This document shows, in pieces, positions 39,244-49,542 of a DNA stretch of 64,000 nucleotides. The stretch is from Sandaracinaceae bacterium (GTDB lineage: Bacteria > Myxococcota_A > Polyangia > Polyangiales > Sandaracinaceae), in the NCBI GenBank assembly GCA_044220955.1, contig JBGAQA010000011.1, positions 1-64,000 of the forward strand, read 5' to 3'. Below the pieces are notes generated by a model. That model ran no database searches, was not told the DNA's origin, and saw only the letters and a list, made by a program, of their open reading frames with translations. Within the stretch, counting starts at the first letter, position 1; each line of letters starts with the position of its first letter. Both the position numbers and the translations under genes were made by a program.

Positions 39244-41793
39244 TCAGATCAAGCAGTGGCCCGTCGCGTCGGGCGAGGTGTCGTTGTCCTCGCGGCACTC
39301 CCGGAACGTCGGCGCGCCTGCCGGGTTCACGATGCGTGCGCGGTAGACCGCCATCGGATCGGCGCCCGCCGGCAGCGCGAGCGTCAGCTGCGTGAGCGCG
39401 CCTGGGAACACGGAGGTCGTGCTCGTCATGGTCCCGAGCGCCACCTCGACGCCGCCCGCGTCGACGCGGAAGAAGTCGACGCGCACGCCGGGCGGCAGGA
39501 TCGCCGCGCCGACGTTGCGCAGGCTCGCGACGAGCGCCACCGGGTCGGTGCAGCGCACCTCGAGCACGACGGTCGCGTCGGCGGCGTCGAACACGCCGCT
39601 CTCTTGGACGTTCTGCCGGAAGTTGTTGACCCAGGGGAGCGTCCAGCTCGCCGTCTCGTGCATCGGGATCGCGCCGTAGCCCTCGCTCGGCGCGCACGCG
39701 CCGTCTCCGGGCACGCAGACGTTCGTCACGTGGTAGCTGTGCTGGTTCCAGATCGGCCTCGTGCCGACCCACGTGCGCGCCGCGTCGCGCAGCAAGCGCA
39801 CGCCCCGCCACGCCGTCGCGCCGGTCGGTCGCACCCACGCCGGGTGGCCGTAGTTCGGGTCGGTGCTCACGGCGTTCCAGGGCGCGACGTCGCAGCCCCA
39901 GCCGGCCGACGTCGGATCGGCGCCGTTCGAGACGAGCACGATCTCGGCATGCCCGTCGCCGTCGACGTCGGCGACGATCGAGGCCTCGGTCCCGGTGAAG
40001 GACGTGGTCAGCCCGGCGTAGCGGACGTGGCCCGTCGGGCCGTCGTACACCCAGAGGAAGCACTCGTCGGCGTAGACGACCTCGGCGATGCCGTCACCCT
40101 CGAAGTCGAACACCGTCGAGCCCGTCTCGCTCGACGAGAGGTCGTGGTTCGGGGTGCGCCAGACCTGCTCGAGCGCCGTGCCCGCGGAGGTCAGCTGGAT
40201 CATCGAGTAGAAGTTCTGCTGCGCGACGCCGATCTCGGGCCGGCCGTCGCCGTCGAAGTCCGCGATCGTCGGGGCGCCGCCGCTGCCCGTGCCGGTGAGG
40301 GTGAAGGGGCCCGCGACGACGGTGCCGTCCCTGCCGCGCACCACCGTCACGGTCCCGCTACCGACGACGACGACCTCCGGGTGCCCGTCGCCGTTCAGGT
40401 CGGCGACCGCGGGGAAGCCGTTCGGGAGCGTGTTGTTGTTCCACAGCTCGGTCCCGTCGGTGCGGTAGGCCGTGCGGCCGGCGACGAGCTCGAGGTCGCC
40501 GTCCTCGTCGAGATCGGCGAACACGGAGAGCGCGTCCGACACGCTGCCCGCCGAGCCGTGCGCGCCGGTCCACGCGAGCGTGATCGCGCCGCCCGTCGTG
40601 TGGAAGAGCGTCGCGCCCCACGCGATCTCGGCGAAGCCGTCGCCGTCCATGTCCGCGATCGCGAACCCGCCGCCCCAGCCGAACGAGTCGTTCGCCCCTG
40701 CGCCCGGGATGGGCATGTTGCTCGTGCGCCGCACGGTCCCGGTTCCGTCGACCAGGACGACGTAGCCCTCGCCCGTCGCTGCGACGATGTCCATGCGCCC
40801 GTCGCGATCGACGTCGCCGAGCGCCACGCTCGTCCCGGAGAAGCCGCTCGAGCCGGCGGAGGGGCTGCGCAGCGACCACACGGCCTCGCCCGTCCGCCCG
40901 TCGAGCACGCGCAGCACGCCCCGGTGACACTCGGTCGGCGTGTTCCCGGTGCACTGGCAGCACGCGCCGAGCCCGGTCGTCGCGTTGAACGCGTAGCCCG
41001 ACACGAACACGACGTTGGGCGGATCGAGCTCGTCGACGGCGCCGTCGCAATTCGCGTCGTAGAGGCGGCCGACGGCGGGCGTCGACCACACGTCGACGCG
41101 GTTCGGGTTGTCGGCCGGCGGCGTCGGCTGGCCCCAGCTCCACGCCACCACGGCGTCGAGGTGACCGACGCTCGGGTGGTACTCGCACATCGTGGTGCAG
41201 GACGCGGTGCCTCCGTCGAGCGCTCCGCCGTCCGGGAGCGTCGGGCACGCGGGCGGCAGCGCGAGGCAGCGCCCGGGAAGCGCGCTCGGCGTGGTGCACA
41301 CGCGGCCCGCGTCGCTCGCCATCACGCCCGCGTCGGTGACGCCGCCGTCCGTCCCGCCGCCGCCGAGCGCGGGCTCGCAGTACTGCCCCGTCGCGCAGTC
41401 GGCGTTGGTGCGACACGCGCCGCCGGGGATCACGCACGCGCCTGCGAAGCACGTCTCGCTCGCGCCGCAGCACGAGACGCCACACACGCTCGCGCTCGCG
41501 CAGCAGTGGCCGCTCGCGCACTCGTAGCCCGCGCCGCAGGTCGCGCTCGTGCTGCAGTTGCCCCACGCGTCCACGGGCGCTCCGGTGTCCATCGGCTCGC
41601 TGCCCATGTCGGCTCGAACGCCCGTGTCGGAGGGCGCCGCGCAGCGCGAGTCGATGCAGACCTGGCCGCCGCGGCAGTCGCGATCGCTGGTGCAGCGCCC
41701 GGCCGGGCCGGCGGGCCCCGAGCAGTCGCAGGCCGAGACGAGGACGGGCGCCGCGAGCGCGGCGAGCGCGAGGGCCAGGCGTGACGCGTTCAT
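39244..41793 (-). CDS. FG-GAP/VCBS-repeat lipoprotein with Cys-rich N-region and CARDB-like C-domain
   Basis: Repeated (A/G)D(V/M/L/F)DGDG..EI units; SAC lipobox; Cys-rich repeats; FRECREDND near the C-terminus. Confidence 0.85.
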   Translation of the reverse strand: MNASRLALALAALAAPVLVSACDCSGPAGPAGRCTSDRDCRGGQVCIDSRCAAPSDTGVRADMGSEPMDTGAPVDAWGNCSTSATCGAGYECASGHCCASASVCGVSCCGASETCFAGACVIPGGACRTNADCATGQYCEPALGGGGTDGGVTDAGVMASDAGRVCTTPSALPGRCLALPPACPTLPDGGALDGGTASCTTMCEYHPSVGHLDAVVAWSWGQPTPPADNPNRVDVWSTPAVGRLYDANCDGAVDELDPPNVVFVSGYAFNATTGLGACCQCTGNTPTECHRGVLRVLDGRTGEAVWSLRSPSAGSSGFSGTSVALGDVDRDGRMDIVAATGEGYVVLVDGTGTVRRTSNMPIPGAGANDSFGWGGGFAIADMDGDGFAEIAWGATLFHTTGGAITLAWTGAHGSAGSVSDALSVFADLDEDGDLELVAGRTAYRTDGTELWNNNTLPNGFPAVADLNGDGHPEVVVVGSGTVTVVRGRDGTVVAGPFTLTGTGSGGAPTIADFDGDGRPEIGVAQQNFYSMIQLTSAGTALEQVWRTPNHDLSSSETGSTVFDFEGDGIAEVVYADECFLWVYDGPTGHVRYAGLTTSFTGTEASIVADVDGDGHAEIVLVSNGADPTSAGWGCDVAPWNAVSTDPNYGHPAWVRPTGATAWRGVRLLRDAARTWVGTRPIWNQHSYHVTNVCVPGDGACAPSEGYGAIPMHETASWTLPWVNNFRQNVQESGVFDAADATVVLEVRCTDPVALVASLRNVGAAILPPGVRVDFFRVDAGGVEVALGTMTSTTSVFPGALTQLTLALPAGADPMAVYRARIVNPAGAPTFRECREDNDTSPDATGHCLI

Positions 41794-41891
41794 CCAGAGA
41801 AGGTACAGCGCGACGGGCGGGTCGGGAACCAGGGCGCGACGAGGCGGACACGCTGGCCGTGGTGCGCCTCGCGCCCCATGATGCGCGCCCG

Positions 41892-42806
41892 ATGAAGCAC
41901 GCGACGTTCGAGCTCACGAGCAGCGACGGCTCCCGGTTCTTCGCGCAGTCCTGGCTGCCCGAGGGGAGCGTCCGCGCCGTCGTGCAGATCGCGCATGGCA
42001 TGGCCGAGCACTCGTCGCGCTACGCCCGCTTCGCGTCGTACCTCGTGGAGCGTGGCTACGCCGTCTACGCCGACGATCACCGCGGCCACGGCAAGACCGT
42101 GAGCGACGCGGACGTGGGCTGGGCCGGGCTGGATGGCTGGAACGGGATCCTGAGCGACGTCATCCAGCTGGGCGCGCACGCGGAGAAGCAGCATCCGGGC
42201 AAGGAGCGCTGCCTCTTCGGCCACAGCATGGGCTCGTTCGCGACCCTGGGCGTCATGCTGCGCGGGGACCACTACCAGGCGTACGTGCTCTCGGGCTCCG
42301 ACGAGCCGGGCGGAGGGCTCGCGGCGCTGGGCAAGGGGCTCGCGCGGCTCGAGCGGCTGCGGCAGGGCGCGCGCGGCAAGAGCGAGCTGCTCGCGAAGAT
42401 GTCGTTCGGCGCGTTCAACGACGCGTTCAAGCCGGCGCGCACGGAGTTCGACTGGCTCTCGCGCGACCCGGCCGAGGTCGACGAGTACGTCGCCGACCCG
42501 CGCTGCGGCCACAAGATGACCAACCAGTTCTGGGTCGACTTCGTGGACGGCCTCGTCGCCACCGGCACCGCCGACTGGACCAAGATGCCGCGCCAGCGTC
42601 CGATCTACGTCTTCTCCGGCGACCATGATCCGGTGGGCAAGATGGGCAAGGGCGTCCGCGCGCTCGTCGCGCGGCTGCGGCGCGCGGGGTTCGACCGGGT
42701 CGAGGACAAGCTCTGGCCGGACGGGCGCCACGAGATGCTGAACGAGACGAACCGCGCCGAGGTGATGGCCGCGGTCGCCGCGTTCCTCGATCGCGCGCTC
42801 AAGTAG
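41892..42806 (+). CDS. Lysophospholipase-like alpha/beta hydrolase
   Basis: QIAHGMAEHSSRY, DHRGHG, GHSMGS, WLSRD, RHEMLNE. Confidence 0.92.
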   Translation: MKHATFELTSSDGSRFFAQSWLPEGSVRAVVQIAHGMAEHSSRYARFASYLVERGYAVYADDHRGHGKTVSDADVGWAGLDGWNGILSDVIQLGAHAEKQHPGKERCLFGHSMGSFATLGVMLRGDHYQAYVLSGSDEPGGGLAALGKGLARLERLRQGARGKSELLAKMSFGAFNDAFKPARTEFDWLSRDPAEVDEYVADPRCGHKMTNQFWVDFVDGLVATGTADWTKMPRQRPIYVFSGDHDPVGKMGKGVRALVARLRRAGFDRVEDKLWPDGRHEMLNETNRAEVMAAVAAFLDRALK

Positions 42807-42882
42807 GCCCGCGGTCGCGCGCGCGCACCTTCCGGGACGTCGGGGGAGATCCTCGTCGGCTCACGCCCCCTGAACACCTGAA

Positions 42883-43674
42883 TTAGTCCACGCAGACGAG
42901 CCGGCGGCCTCGCGGACGCCCCGGCGCGACGCACTCGGTCCGCGCCTCGTCCAGCCGCGGCGCGCAGCCGAACAGGAGCGAGTGGCTCGCGCACGCGCCG
43001 ACGTGCAGGTGCAGCTCTTCTCCCGGGGCGCAGGTGCGGCCGTCGGGCGGGCTCGCGGTGAGCTCGGTGTGGTCCTCGAGGCAGGGGCCCTCGCAGTCGG
43101 CGCCCGAGAGGCAGCGTCGCCCCGCGTCGTGCGTGGGCCGATCGCACGCGAAGGTGCGCGCCATCCCCACGGGCCCGAAGCTTCCCCCGTCGGCGAGGCA
43201 GCGATCACGCTCGGCCACGAAGTCGGGCGCGAGCACGGCGCGCGTCGATCCGCGCGCCTCGATCGAGGCGCCCGACGCGTCGATCGCGAACACGGCGATC
43301 GCGACGTCGCCGGGCGTGCCCGAGCCGGCGATCTCGCGCGCGATCGACGCGCCATGTGCGAGGCGGCTCGTCGCGTGGTCGAAGGCATGCTCGGTGAGCC
43401 CGCCCGAGCCCGAGGCGACGGTCATGCGGTCGACGACGACCACGCCCGCGCCGCACCACCGGATCGCGACCGGAGCACGGCCCGCGATCAGCAGCGCGCC
43501 GCTCCACGTGCCCGGGATCGTGGCGGGTGCTTCGATCACGAGGCCCTCCGCGCCCGCGCACGGGAGAGGGTCCTCGCGGGTCGTCGTGCTCGGTGGCCGC
43601 ACGGCCACGGGCGCGGCTGGCGCGGCGGCCCCGCAGCCGAGGGTGAGCACGCAGATCCATCCGGCGGCTCTCAT
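42883..43674 (-). CDS. Hypothetical lipoprotein with Cys-rich C-domain
   Basis: LGC lipobox; CLADGG...C.RPTHDAGRRC....DCEGPC. Confidence 0.65.
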   Translation of the reverse strand: MRAAGWICVLTLGCGAAAPAAPVAVRPPSTTTREDPLPCAGAEGLVIEAPATIPGTWSGALLIAGRAPVAIRWCGAGVVVVDRMTVASGSGGLTEHAFDHATSRLAHGASIAREIAGSGTPGDVAIAVFAIDASGASIEARGSTRAVLAPDFVAERDRCLADGGSFGPVGMARTFACDRPTHDAGRRCLSGADCEGPCLEDHTELTASPPDGRTCAPGEELHLHVGACASHSLLFGCAPRLDEARTECVAPGRPRGRRLVCVD

Positions 43675-43739
43675 CGTCCGACCGACACCTACCGCGGTCG
43701 CAAGTTCGCGGCGAGAGCGATAGTCTCCCGGCCGTCGCG

Positions 43740-44453
43740 ATGCCCTGGATCCCCAAGATGCTCCGTGGCCAGCGCGTCCTCGCGCGCTGCACCGAAGACG
43801 GCAAGCTCCTCGCCGAGGGCGGTCGCGTCGAGATCCGCTACAAGCCTGGCGACGGCCGCGCGTACCGCGCCGGCGAGCGCAACCTCGAGGGCCTCGCGGG
43901 CGCAGAGCTCTTGCCGGACGAGCACTGCGCGCCCGCGGGCGAGCCGCCGCCCAAGAAGGAAGCGAAGTCGGCGAGCAAGGAGGCGCGCGTCGCCGACCAT
44001 CACGCGGCGGCGGCCAAGAGCAAGGCCGAGGTGATCGTGTTCGCCGACGGAGCGTGCAGCGGCAACCCCGGCCCCGCCGGGCTCGGCGTGGTCGTGTTCG
44101 AGGGCGGCGTGAAGAAGCGCGAGCTCTCCGAGTTCCTCGGCACCGGCACGAACAACATCGCCGAGCTCACGGCGCTCCTGCGCGCCGCGGAGCTGCTCGC
44201 CGACGAGACGCGGCACGTCGAGATGCGCACGGACTCGAGCTACGCGATCGGCGTGCTCACCAAGGGCTGGAAGGCCAAGGCGAACCCGGAGCTCGTGGCC
44301 AGGACGAAGCAGGCGCTCGCCAGGCTCGCGCGTGTCCACCTGACGTACGTGCCCGGCCACGCCGGCGTGCACGGCAACGAGCTGGCCGACGCTCTCGCCG
44401 TCGCGGCCGTGCAGTCACGCAAGAGCACCGGCTGGATCGTCTCCAAGCCCTGA
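43740..44453 (+). CDS. rnhA: Ribonuclease HI with extra N-terminal domain
   Basis: FADGACSGNPGPAG, TNNIAEL, TDSSY, GHAGVHGNELADALA. Confidence 0.9.
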   Translation: MPWIPKMLRGQRVLARCTEDGKLLAEGGRVEIRYKPGDGRAYRAGERNLEGLAGAELLPDEHCAPAGEPPPKKEAKSASKEARVADHHAAAAKSKAEVIVFADGACSGNPGPAGLGVVVFEGGVKKRELSEFLGTGTNNIAELTALLRAAELLADETRHVEMRTDSSYAIGVLTKGWKAKANPELVARTKQALARLARVHLTYVPGHAGVHGNELADALAVAAVQSRKSTGWIVSKP

Positions 44454-44460
44454 ATCCGAT

Positions 44461-45255
44461 TCAGGGCATCATCGCCTTCGCGCCCGGCAGCCACGCGCCC
44501 CCGTCGACGACGATCGTCTCGCCGTGGACGTAGCTCGCCGCTCCGCTCACCAGCCAGGTCGCGCACTGCGCGATGTCCTCGATGGTGCCGAGCCGCCCGA
44601 GCGGGACGATGCCGGCGACCTTCTCCTTGAAGCCCGGCGGCGCGAGGCGCGCGTAGCCCTCGGTTCCGTCGATCGGGCCCGGCGCGATCCCGTTGACCTG
44701 GATGCCGAGTGAGCCCCACTCCATCGCGAGGGTCCGCGTGATCGCGTCCACCGCTGCCTTCGCAGCCGACGCGTGGATCTGCAGGGGCGTGGCCGCGTAG
44801 TGCAGCGTCGCGCTGATGTTGATGATGTGGCCGCCGTGATCGCGCAGCCACTTGTCGAACGACGCGCGGCAGACGTTGTACGTGCCCATCGCGTCGATCT
44901 CGAGCACCGTCTTGAACCCGTTGTAGGAGAGGCCCGCGGCGGGCGCGAGGAAGTTCCCCGCGGCGCCGTTCACGACGAAGTCGATCCGGCCGAGCTCGGC
45001 GATCGTGCGATCGAGCGCGGCCTCGATCTGCTTCGGGTCACGCACGTCGCAGCCGATCGGCACGCACTTGCGGGCCGTCTTGCCGCTCAGCTCCTTGGCC
45101 GCCTCCTCGAGGCGCTCGACCTTGCGGCCGAGGATCACGGCTTGCGCGCCGTGGGCCATGAAGCTCTCGGCGATCCCCTTGCAGATCCCCGAGCCACCTC
45201 CGGTCACGAACGCCACCTTGCCGTCGAGGATCCCGTCCCTGAACACGCTCTTCAT
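44461..45255 (-). CDS. SDR-family oxidoreductase (2,4-dienoyl-CoA reductase-like)
   Basis: VTGGGSGI, NGAAGNF, HASAAKA, IAPGPI. Confidence 0.88.
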   Translation of the reverse strand: MKSVFRDGILDGKVAFVTGGGSGICKGIAESFMAHGAQAVILGRKVERLEEAAKELSGKTARKCVPIGCDVRDPKQIEAALDRTIAELGRIDFVVNGAAGNFLAPAAGLSYNGFKTVLEIDAMGTYNVCRASFDKWLRDHGGHIINISATLHYAATPLQIHASAAKAAVDAITRTLAMEWGSLGIQVNGIAPGPIDGTEGYARLAPPGFKEKVAGIVPLGRLGTIEDIAQCATWLVSGAASYVHGETIVVDGGAWLPGAKAMMP

Positions 45256-45407
45256 CGTCGCCTCCGCGCGGGCGACTATAGGCCAGCCCGCGCGCTGCAC
45301 GAGTGACACCCACATCCTGCGCACCTTGACTCCGAGGTGGGCCCCGTTACAACTCGGCCGCTCCGTCGCCCGCGGTCGGTCGCGACGCAGCTCGAAGGTG
45401 GGTGGGT

Positions 45408-45845
45408 ATGCGCGAAATCCTGTGTCTGTCACTCCTCGTGGCGGGTGTCTCGCTCGGGGGATGTGCGAGCGGTGAGGGTGGGGTCGCGGTCGCCGAGGGC
45501 GAGCTGCGGACGGACTGCTCGCTCGTGCGCTGCGCGATGCCGCTGTGCACCGAGGGCCAGCACCTGCAGACCGGCGGCAACGACTGCTGCCCGAGCTGCG
45601 CGGGCCCCGAGCCGCGCTGTGCGGCCGTCTTGTGCCCGATGTACCGCTGCGCGATGGGCTACCACCTCGAGCAGCGCGGGAACCAGTGCTGCGCCTCGTG
45701 CGTGCAGGATCATCCGACGGCCGAGTGTGACGTGGACGCGGACTGCCCCTCGTTCCAGTGCTTCGCGTGCCCCTGCCCGACCTCGTCGTGCCAGGGTCAC
45801 CAGTGCCGCACCTCGACGCCCGACGCGTCGAGCTGCGGCATCTGA
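45408..45845 (+). CDS. Small Cys-rich lipoprotein
   Basis: LGGC lipobox; two C..V.C....C..G..L.....CC.SC repeats. Confidence 0.75.
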   Translation: MREILCLSLLVAGVSLGGCASGEGGVAVAEGELRTDCSLVRCAMPLCTEGQHLQTGGNDCCPSCAGPEPRCAAVLCPMYRCAMGYHLEQRGNQCCASCVQDHPTAECDVDADCPSFQCFACPCPTSSCQGHQCRTSTPDASSCGI

Positions 45846-45984
45846 GCGCCGTCCAACAAGCGGACGCTGAGCCCCGTGGGCCGCGTCGGTGCGCCGAGCT
45901 GGCGCGCCCCGGCGGCCCACGCTGCTCCGCGCCGATCGCATCGGCGCCCGCCGGCGTGTGCACGCCCCTTGCGACGTCGGGCGC

Positions 45985-47448
45985 ATGCGCCGCCTCCGCC
46001 TGCTCCCGGTCCTCGTTCTCGCCGTGGTCCCCGCGTGCGTCGGGGGCGCCGACGACGAGTGCGAGGGCCCCGACGATCCGTACTGCACCGCCGCGGCGAG
46101 CGTCGAGGAGCTCCGCATCGCGGGCTCGTACGTGCCGGACCCTGCGGCCCTGCGCGCCGGCAGCGCGATCATCGCGTACGACGGCTCGACTCCCTGGGAC
46201 GGCGGCGCGCACTGCACCGGCGGCCTCACGCGCGGCGCGGGCCGCCTGCGCACGTACCTGTCGGGTCACTTCCGCGGCATCTCCAGCATCGGCGGCTACA
46301 GCTGCCGGCCCAACACGGCGAACACCTCGCAGATGAGCGTGCACGGCTCCGGACGCGCGCTCGACATCATGATCCCCACCGACCACGGCGATGCCGACAA
46401 CGGCGTGGGCGACGCGATCGCGAACTGGCTGATCACCAACTCGCGCACCATCGGGGTGCAGTACCTGATCTGGGACCACACGCAGTGGAGCGCGTCGCGC
46501 TCGACCGGCCGCGTGCGCGCCTACACGGGCCCCATCCCCCACATCGATCACATCCACGCCGAGATCACCATCGAGGCATCGCGCGAGCAGACGGCGTGGT
46601 TCACCGGCGCCTCGGTGACGCCCACCGACACGACCCCGCCGCCGCCCGCGACGCCGGCGCTCGACGCGCGCTTCATCGGCCAGGGCACGGACGCGGCCGC
46701 GGACACGACAGGCGCGGCCCAGTTCACGGCGTGCGCGGGCGATGCGGTCACGTTCTGGTTCGAGGTCGAGGACACCGGCACGGCGAGCTGGGTCGACGAT
46801 CACGGCACGACGAGCGGACACGCGGTGCGCCTGGGCGTCCCGAGCGACACCGCCGACCCGCTCACCGGCACCTCGCGCGTCTCGATCGACGCGTCGTCGA
46901 ACCCGCACGTGGTCCCGAGCGGCAGCGCGTGCACGACCTCCGGCTGCCGGCGCACGCGGTTCACGATGCACGGGCACGTGCCGGCGAGCGCGGGCATCCA
47001 CCGCACGACCTGGCGCATGGTCGACGAGACGCGGGCGTGGTTCGGCCCGAGCATGTGGCTCAGCTTCCGCGTCCGCGAGTGCGCGCCGCCGCCGCCGCCC
47101 CCGCCAACGGACGCCGACCACGACGGCGTGAGCGAGGATCGCGACTGCGACGATCACGACGCCGCCCGCTACCCCGGCAACCTCGAGGAGTGCTCGGACG
47201 GCGTCGACCAGGACTGCGACGACGTCGACGTCGAGTGCCTCACGCCCTGGGTCGCGGGGCCCGATCCCGACTACGACGACCCGGGCTTCGACTGGTCGGC
47301 GGGCGAGCCGGTCTTCACGCCGCCCGCGCGCGGGCCGCGCATGCTGAGCGGCGGCGGGTGCAGCGTGTCGCACGGCGGCGCGGCGGGATCCGGGTGGCTC
47401 GCGATGGTGCTCGCGGGGCTCGTGCTGGCGGCGCGGCGGCGGCCGTAG
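45985..47448 (+). CDS. Secreted LAS/M15-like Zn-peptidase domain + Ig-like domain + Asp/Cys metal-binding repeat + MYXO-CTERM
   Basis: GGYSCR, HGSGRALD (HX6D), HIDHIH; DTGTASW...WRMVDETRAWFG; DADHDG...DCDDHDAARYPG..E.CSDGVDQDCD; GGCSV-TM-RRRP. Confidence 0.78.
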   Translation: MRRLRLLPVLVLAVVPACVGGADDECEGPDDPYCTAAASVEELRIAGSYVPDPAALRAGSAIIAYDGSTPWDGGAHCTGGLTRGAGRLRTYLSGHFRGISSIGGYSCRPNTANTSQMSVHGSGRALDIMIPTDHGDADNGVGDAIANWLITNSRTIGVQYLIWDHTQWSASRSTGRVRAYTGPIPHIDHIHAEITIEASREQTAWFTGASVTPTDTTPPPPATPALDARFIGQGTDAAADTTGAAQFTACAGDAVTFWFEVEDTGTASWVDDHGTTSGHAVRLGVPSDTADPLTGTSRVSIDASSNPHVVPSGSACTTSGCRRTRFTMHGHVPASAGIHRTTWRMVDETRAWFGPSMWLSFRVRECAPPPPPPPTDADHDGVSEDRDCDDHDAARYPGNLEECSDGVDQDCDDVDVECLTPWVAGPDPDYDDPGFDWSAGEPVFTPPARGPRMLSGGGCSVSHGGAAGSGWLAMVLAGLVLAARRRP

Positions 47449-47450
47449 CG

Positions 47451-47480
47451 CGAGAGCGAGAGCGAGAGCGAGAGCGAGAG
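47451..47480. repeat. (CGAGAG)5 intergenic microsatellite
   Basis: Five perfect hexamers immediately after the stop codon at 47448. Confidence 0.9.
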
Positions 47481-47514
47481 GCGCTCCCGATCGCGCTACG
47501 CTCTGCCCGGGACG

Positions 47515-48294
47515 ATGAACCCGCTCGCGCTCGGCTCGCTCGTGGTCGCCGGCGCGCTGGGCGGCGCGCTGAACTCGGTCGCGGGCGGCGGGAGCTTCAT
47601 CGTGTTCCCGACGCTCGTGCTCGCGGGGGTCACGCCCGTGTCGGCGAACGCCACGACCACCGTCGGGCTCTGGCCCGCGAGCACGGCGAGCGCGTACGCG
47701 TACCGGCGCGAGCTGCCGCGCGACCGGCGGCTCGCCGTCGCGCTCTCGCTCTCGAGCGTCCTGGGCGGTCTGCTCGGTGCGCTCCTCTTGCTCCGCACGA
47801 GCGACGCGACGTTCGCGCTCCTGATCCCGTGGCTCATCGCGGTCGCCGCCGCGCTCTTCACCTTCGGGCCGCGCATGCAGAGCGCGCTGAAGGCGCGGCT
47901 CGGGGAGTCGAGCGGGGAGATCTCGGGGCGTCGCATCGTCGTCGGCGCGCTCGTCCAGCTCGCCATCGCGACCTACGGCGGCTACTTCGGCGGCGGCATG
48001 GGCATCCTGATGCTCGCCACGTTCTCGCTCATCGGCCTGACCGACATGCACGCGATGAACGGCCTGAAGAACGTCCTCGGGGCGGTGCTCAACGGTGTCG
48101 CCATCATCGCGTTCCTCGTGGCCCACCAGGTCCGCTTCGTCCCGGCGCTCGCCGTCGCGATCGGCGGCGTCCTCGGCGGCTTCGGAGGCGCCTCGCTCGC
48201 CCGGAAGCTCCCGGCCGAGCGCGTGCGCAGTGCCGTGATCGTCTTCGCGTGGGCGATGGCCGCGTACTTCGCGTGGCGCGCGTACGGCGCGTGA
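47515..48294 (+). CDS. TauE/SafE-family sulfite exporter
   Basis: LNSVAGGGSFIVFP, SANATTT, YGGYFGGGMGI, MNGLKN. Confidence 0.9.
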   Translation: MNPLALGSLVVAGALGGALNSVAGGGSFIVFPTLVLAGVTPVSANATTTVGLWPASTASAYAYRRELPRDRRLAVALSLSSVLGGLLGALLLLRTSDATFALLIPWLIAVAAALFTFGPRMQSALKARLGESSGEISGRRIVVGALVQLAIATYGGYFGGGMGILMLATFSLIGLTDMHAMNGLKNVLGAVLNGVAIIAFLVAHQVRFVPALAVAIGGVLGGFGGASLARKLPAERVRSAVIVFAWAMAAYFAWRAYGA

Positions 48295-48494
48295 GGCCCA
48301 CGCCCCCGGCGGCCGGCGCCTTCGAGAACTCACACCGTCACGCCCCTCGCTCCGAGGAAGCGCTCGCTTGTGCTGGCGTATACCGGCTGGGTTCGGGCAC
48401 GATGAACAAATCGTCCCACCGCCGCGTCGGAGGCGGGCACGCGCTGCGCGTGCTACACCCGCGCGCGTTTTCAGGGCCGACTGCGGAGGTGACC

Positions 48495-49373
48495 ATGGGC
48501 TTGGCGGGACGAGCGGGAGCGGTGCGAGGGATGTGGATCGGGGCGTTCGCCGTGGCGGCTCTGGCGTTGGCGCCGAGCTTCGCCAGCGCGCAGCGCACGT
48601 ACACGTTCCCCGCCTACCAGGTGCAGGCGATGTGCATGTCGGGCAACCCCGACGCCTGCTACGAGCAGGGCCTGCGCCAGTACTGGGGCGACGAGGTCCC
48701 CTCGGATCGGTACGCGGCGTACCGGAGCTGGCAGCAGGCATGCGCCGGCAACCACTCGCAGGCGTGCTGGGAGGTGGCGTACGGATACCAGGAGGGCACC
48801 TACCTCCCCGCGAACCCGCAGCTCGCCTTCCAGATGTTCGTCCAGGGCTGCACCCGCAGCCACCCGGCTTCCTGCAACAGCGTCGGCTACGCCTACGAGA
48901 ACGGCATGGGAGCGCCCACGGATCTCGCGAGCGCGTTCCGCTACTACGAGATGGCGTGCAACCTCGGTGACTCGTGGGGCTGCCGGAACGAGGGCATCTT
49001 CCTCCGTGACGGCCGCCCGGGCATCGTCGCGCCCGACCCTTCGCGCGGCGTGCCCCTGCTGTCTCGCGCGTGCGCGCTCGGCCTGGCGCAGGCGTGCACC
49101 GAGGCGGCGCAGATGCCGGCCATCCCGGTCCCGCAGTACTGCGGAATGAGCGTCGCGTCGTACGGCCCGATCACGGTCGGCACGTCGGTCACGCTCGGCT
49201 ACCACACGCCGTGGTCCGGCGACGCCAACTGGGCCGACGAGATGGGCCGCTGGGTCGGCTCACGGACCGTCGTTACCTCCCTCGAGGGGCTCGACGAGGT
49301 CGGCTGCCCCGTGGTGCGTGTCGCGGCCGACGGTGGCCAGTACTACTGGCGCATCCGCAACATGAGCCTCTGA
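48495..49373 (+). CDS. Secreted Sel1/Hcp-like Cys-rich repeat protein with C-terminal beta domain
   Basis: GGAGG SD; signal peptide; repeated AC..G...(A/S/G)C...G..Y..G units. Confidence 0.8.
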   Translation: MGLAGRAGAVRGMWIGAFAVAALALAPSFASAQRTYTFPAYQVQAMCMSGNPDACYEQGLRQYWGDEVPSDRYAAYRSWQQACAGNHSQACWEVAYGYQEGTYLPANPQLAFQMFVQGCTRSHPASCNSVGYAYENGMGAPTDLASAFRYYEMACNLGDSWGCRNEGIFLRDGRPGIVAPDPSRGVPLLSRACALGLAQACTEAAQMPAIPVPQYCGMSVASYGPITVGTSVTLGYHTPWSGDANWADEMGRWVGSRTVVTSLEGLDEVGCPVVRVAADGGQYYWRIRNMSL

Positions 49374-49398
49374 CAGGCCCGCACGCTCTTCGACGGTG

Positions 49399-49424
49399 AC
49401 GCCCGGCCTCGGCCGGGCGTTCTC
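49399..49424 (+). terminator. Probable terminator hairpin
   Basis: acgcccggc-ctcg-gccgggcgt followed by tctc; weak U tract. Confidence 0.5.
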
Positions 49425-49542
49425 GTTGGGGCCGATCCCGCCCGCATGAGAACGATTCTCCGGAGGCGAATTCCGTGCATTTCATCACGGGGTCGTGCGT
49501 AATCTCGCTACCCGTCACGGGGCTACGAGGGAGCAGAGAAGC

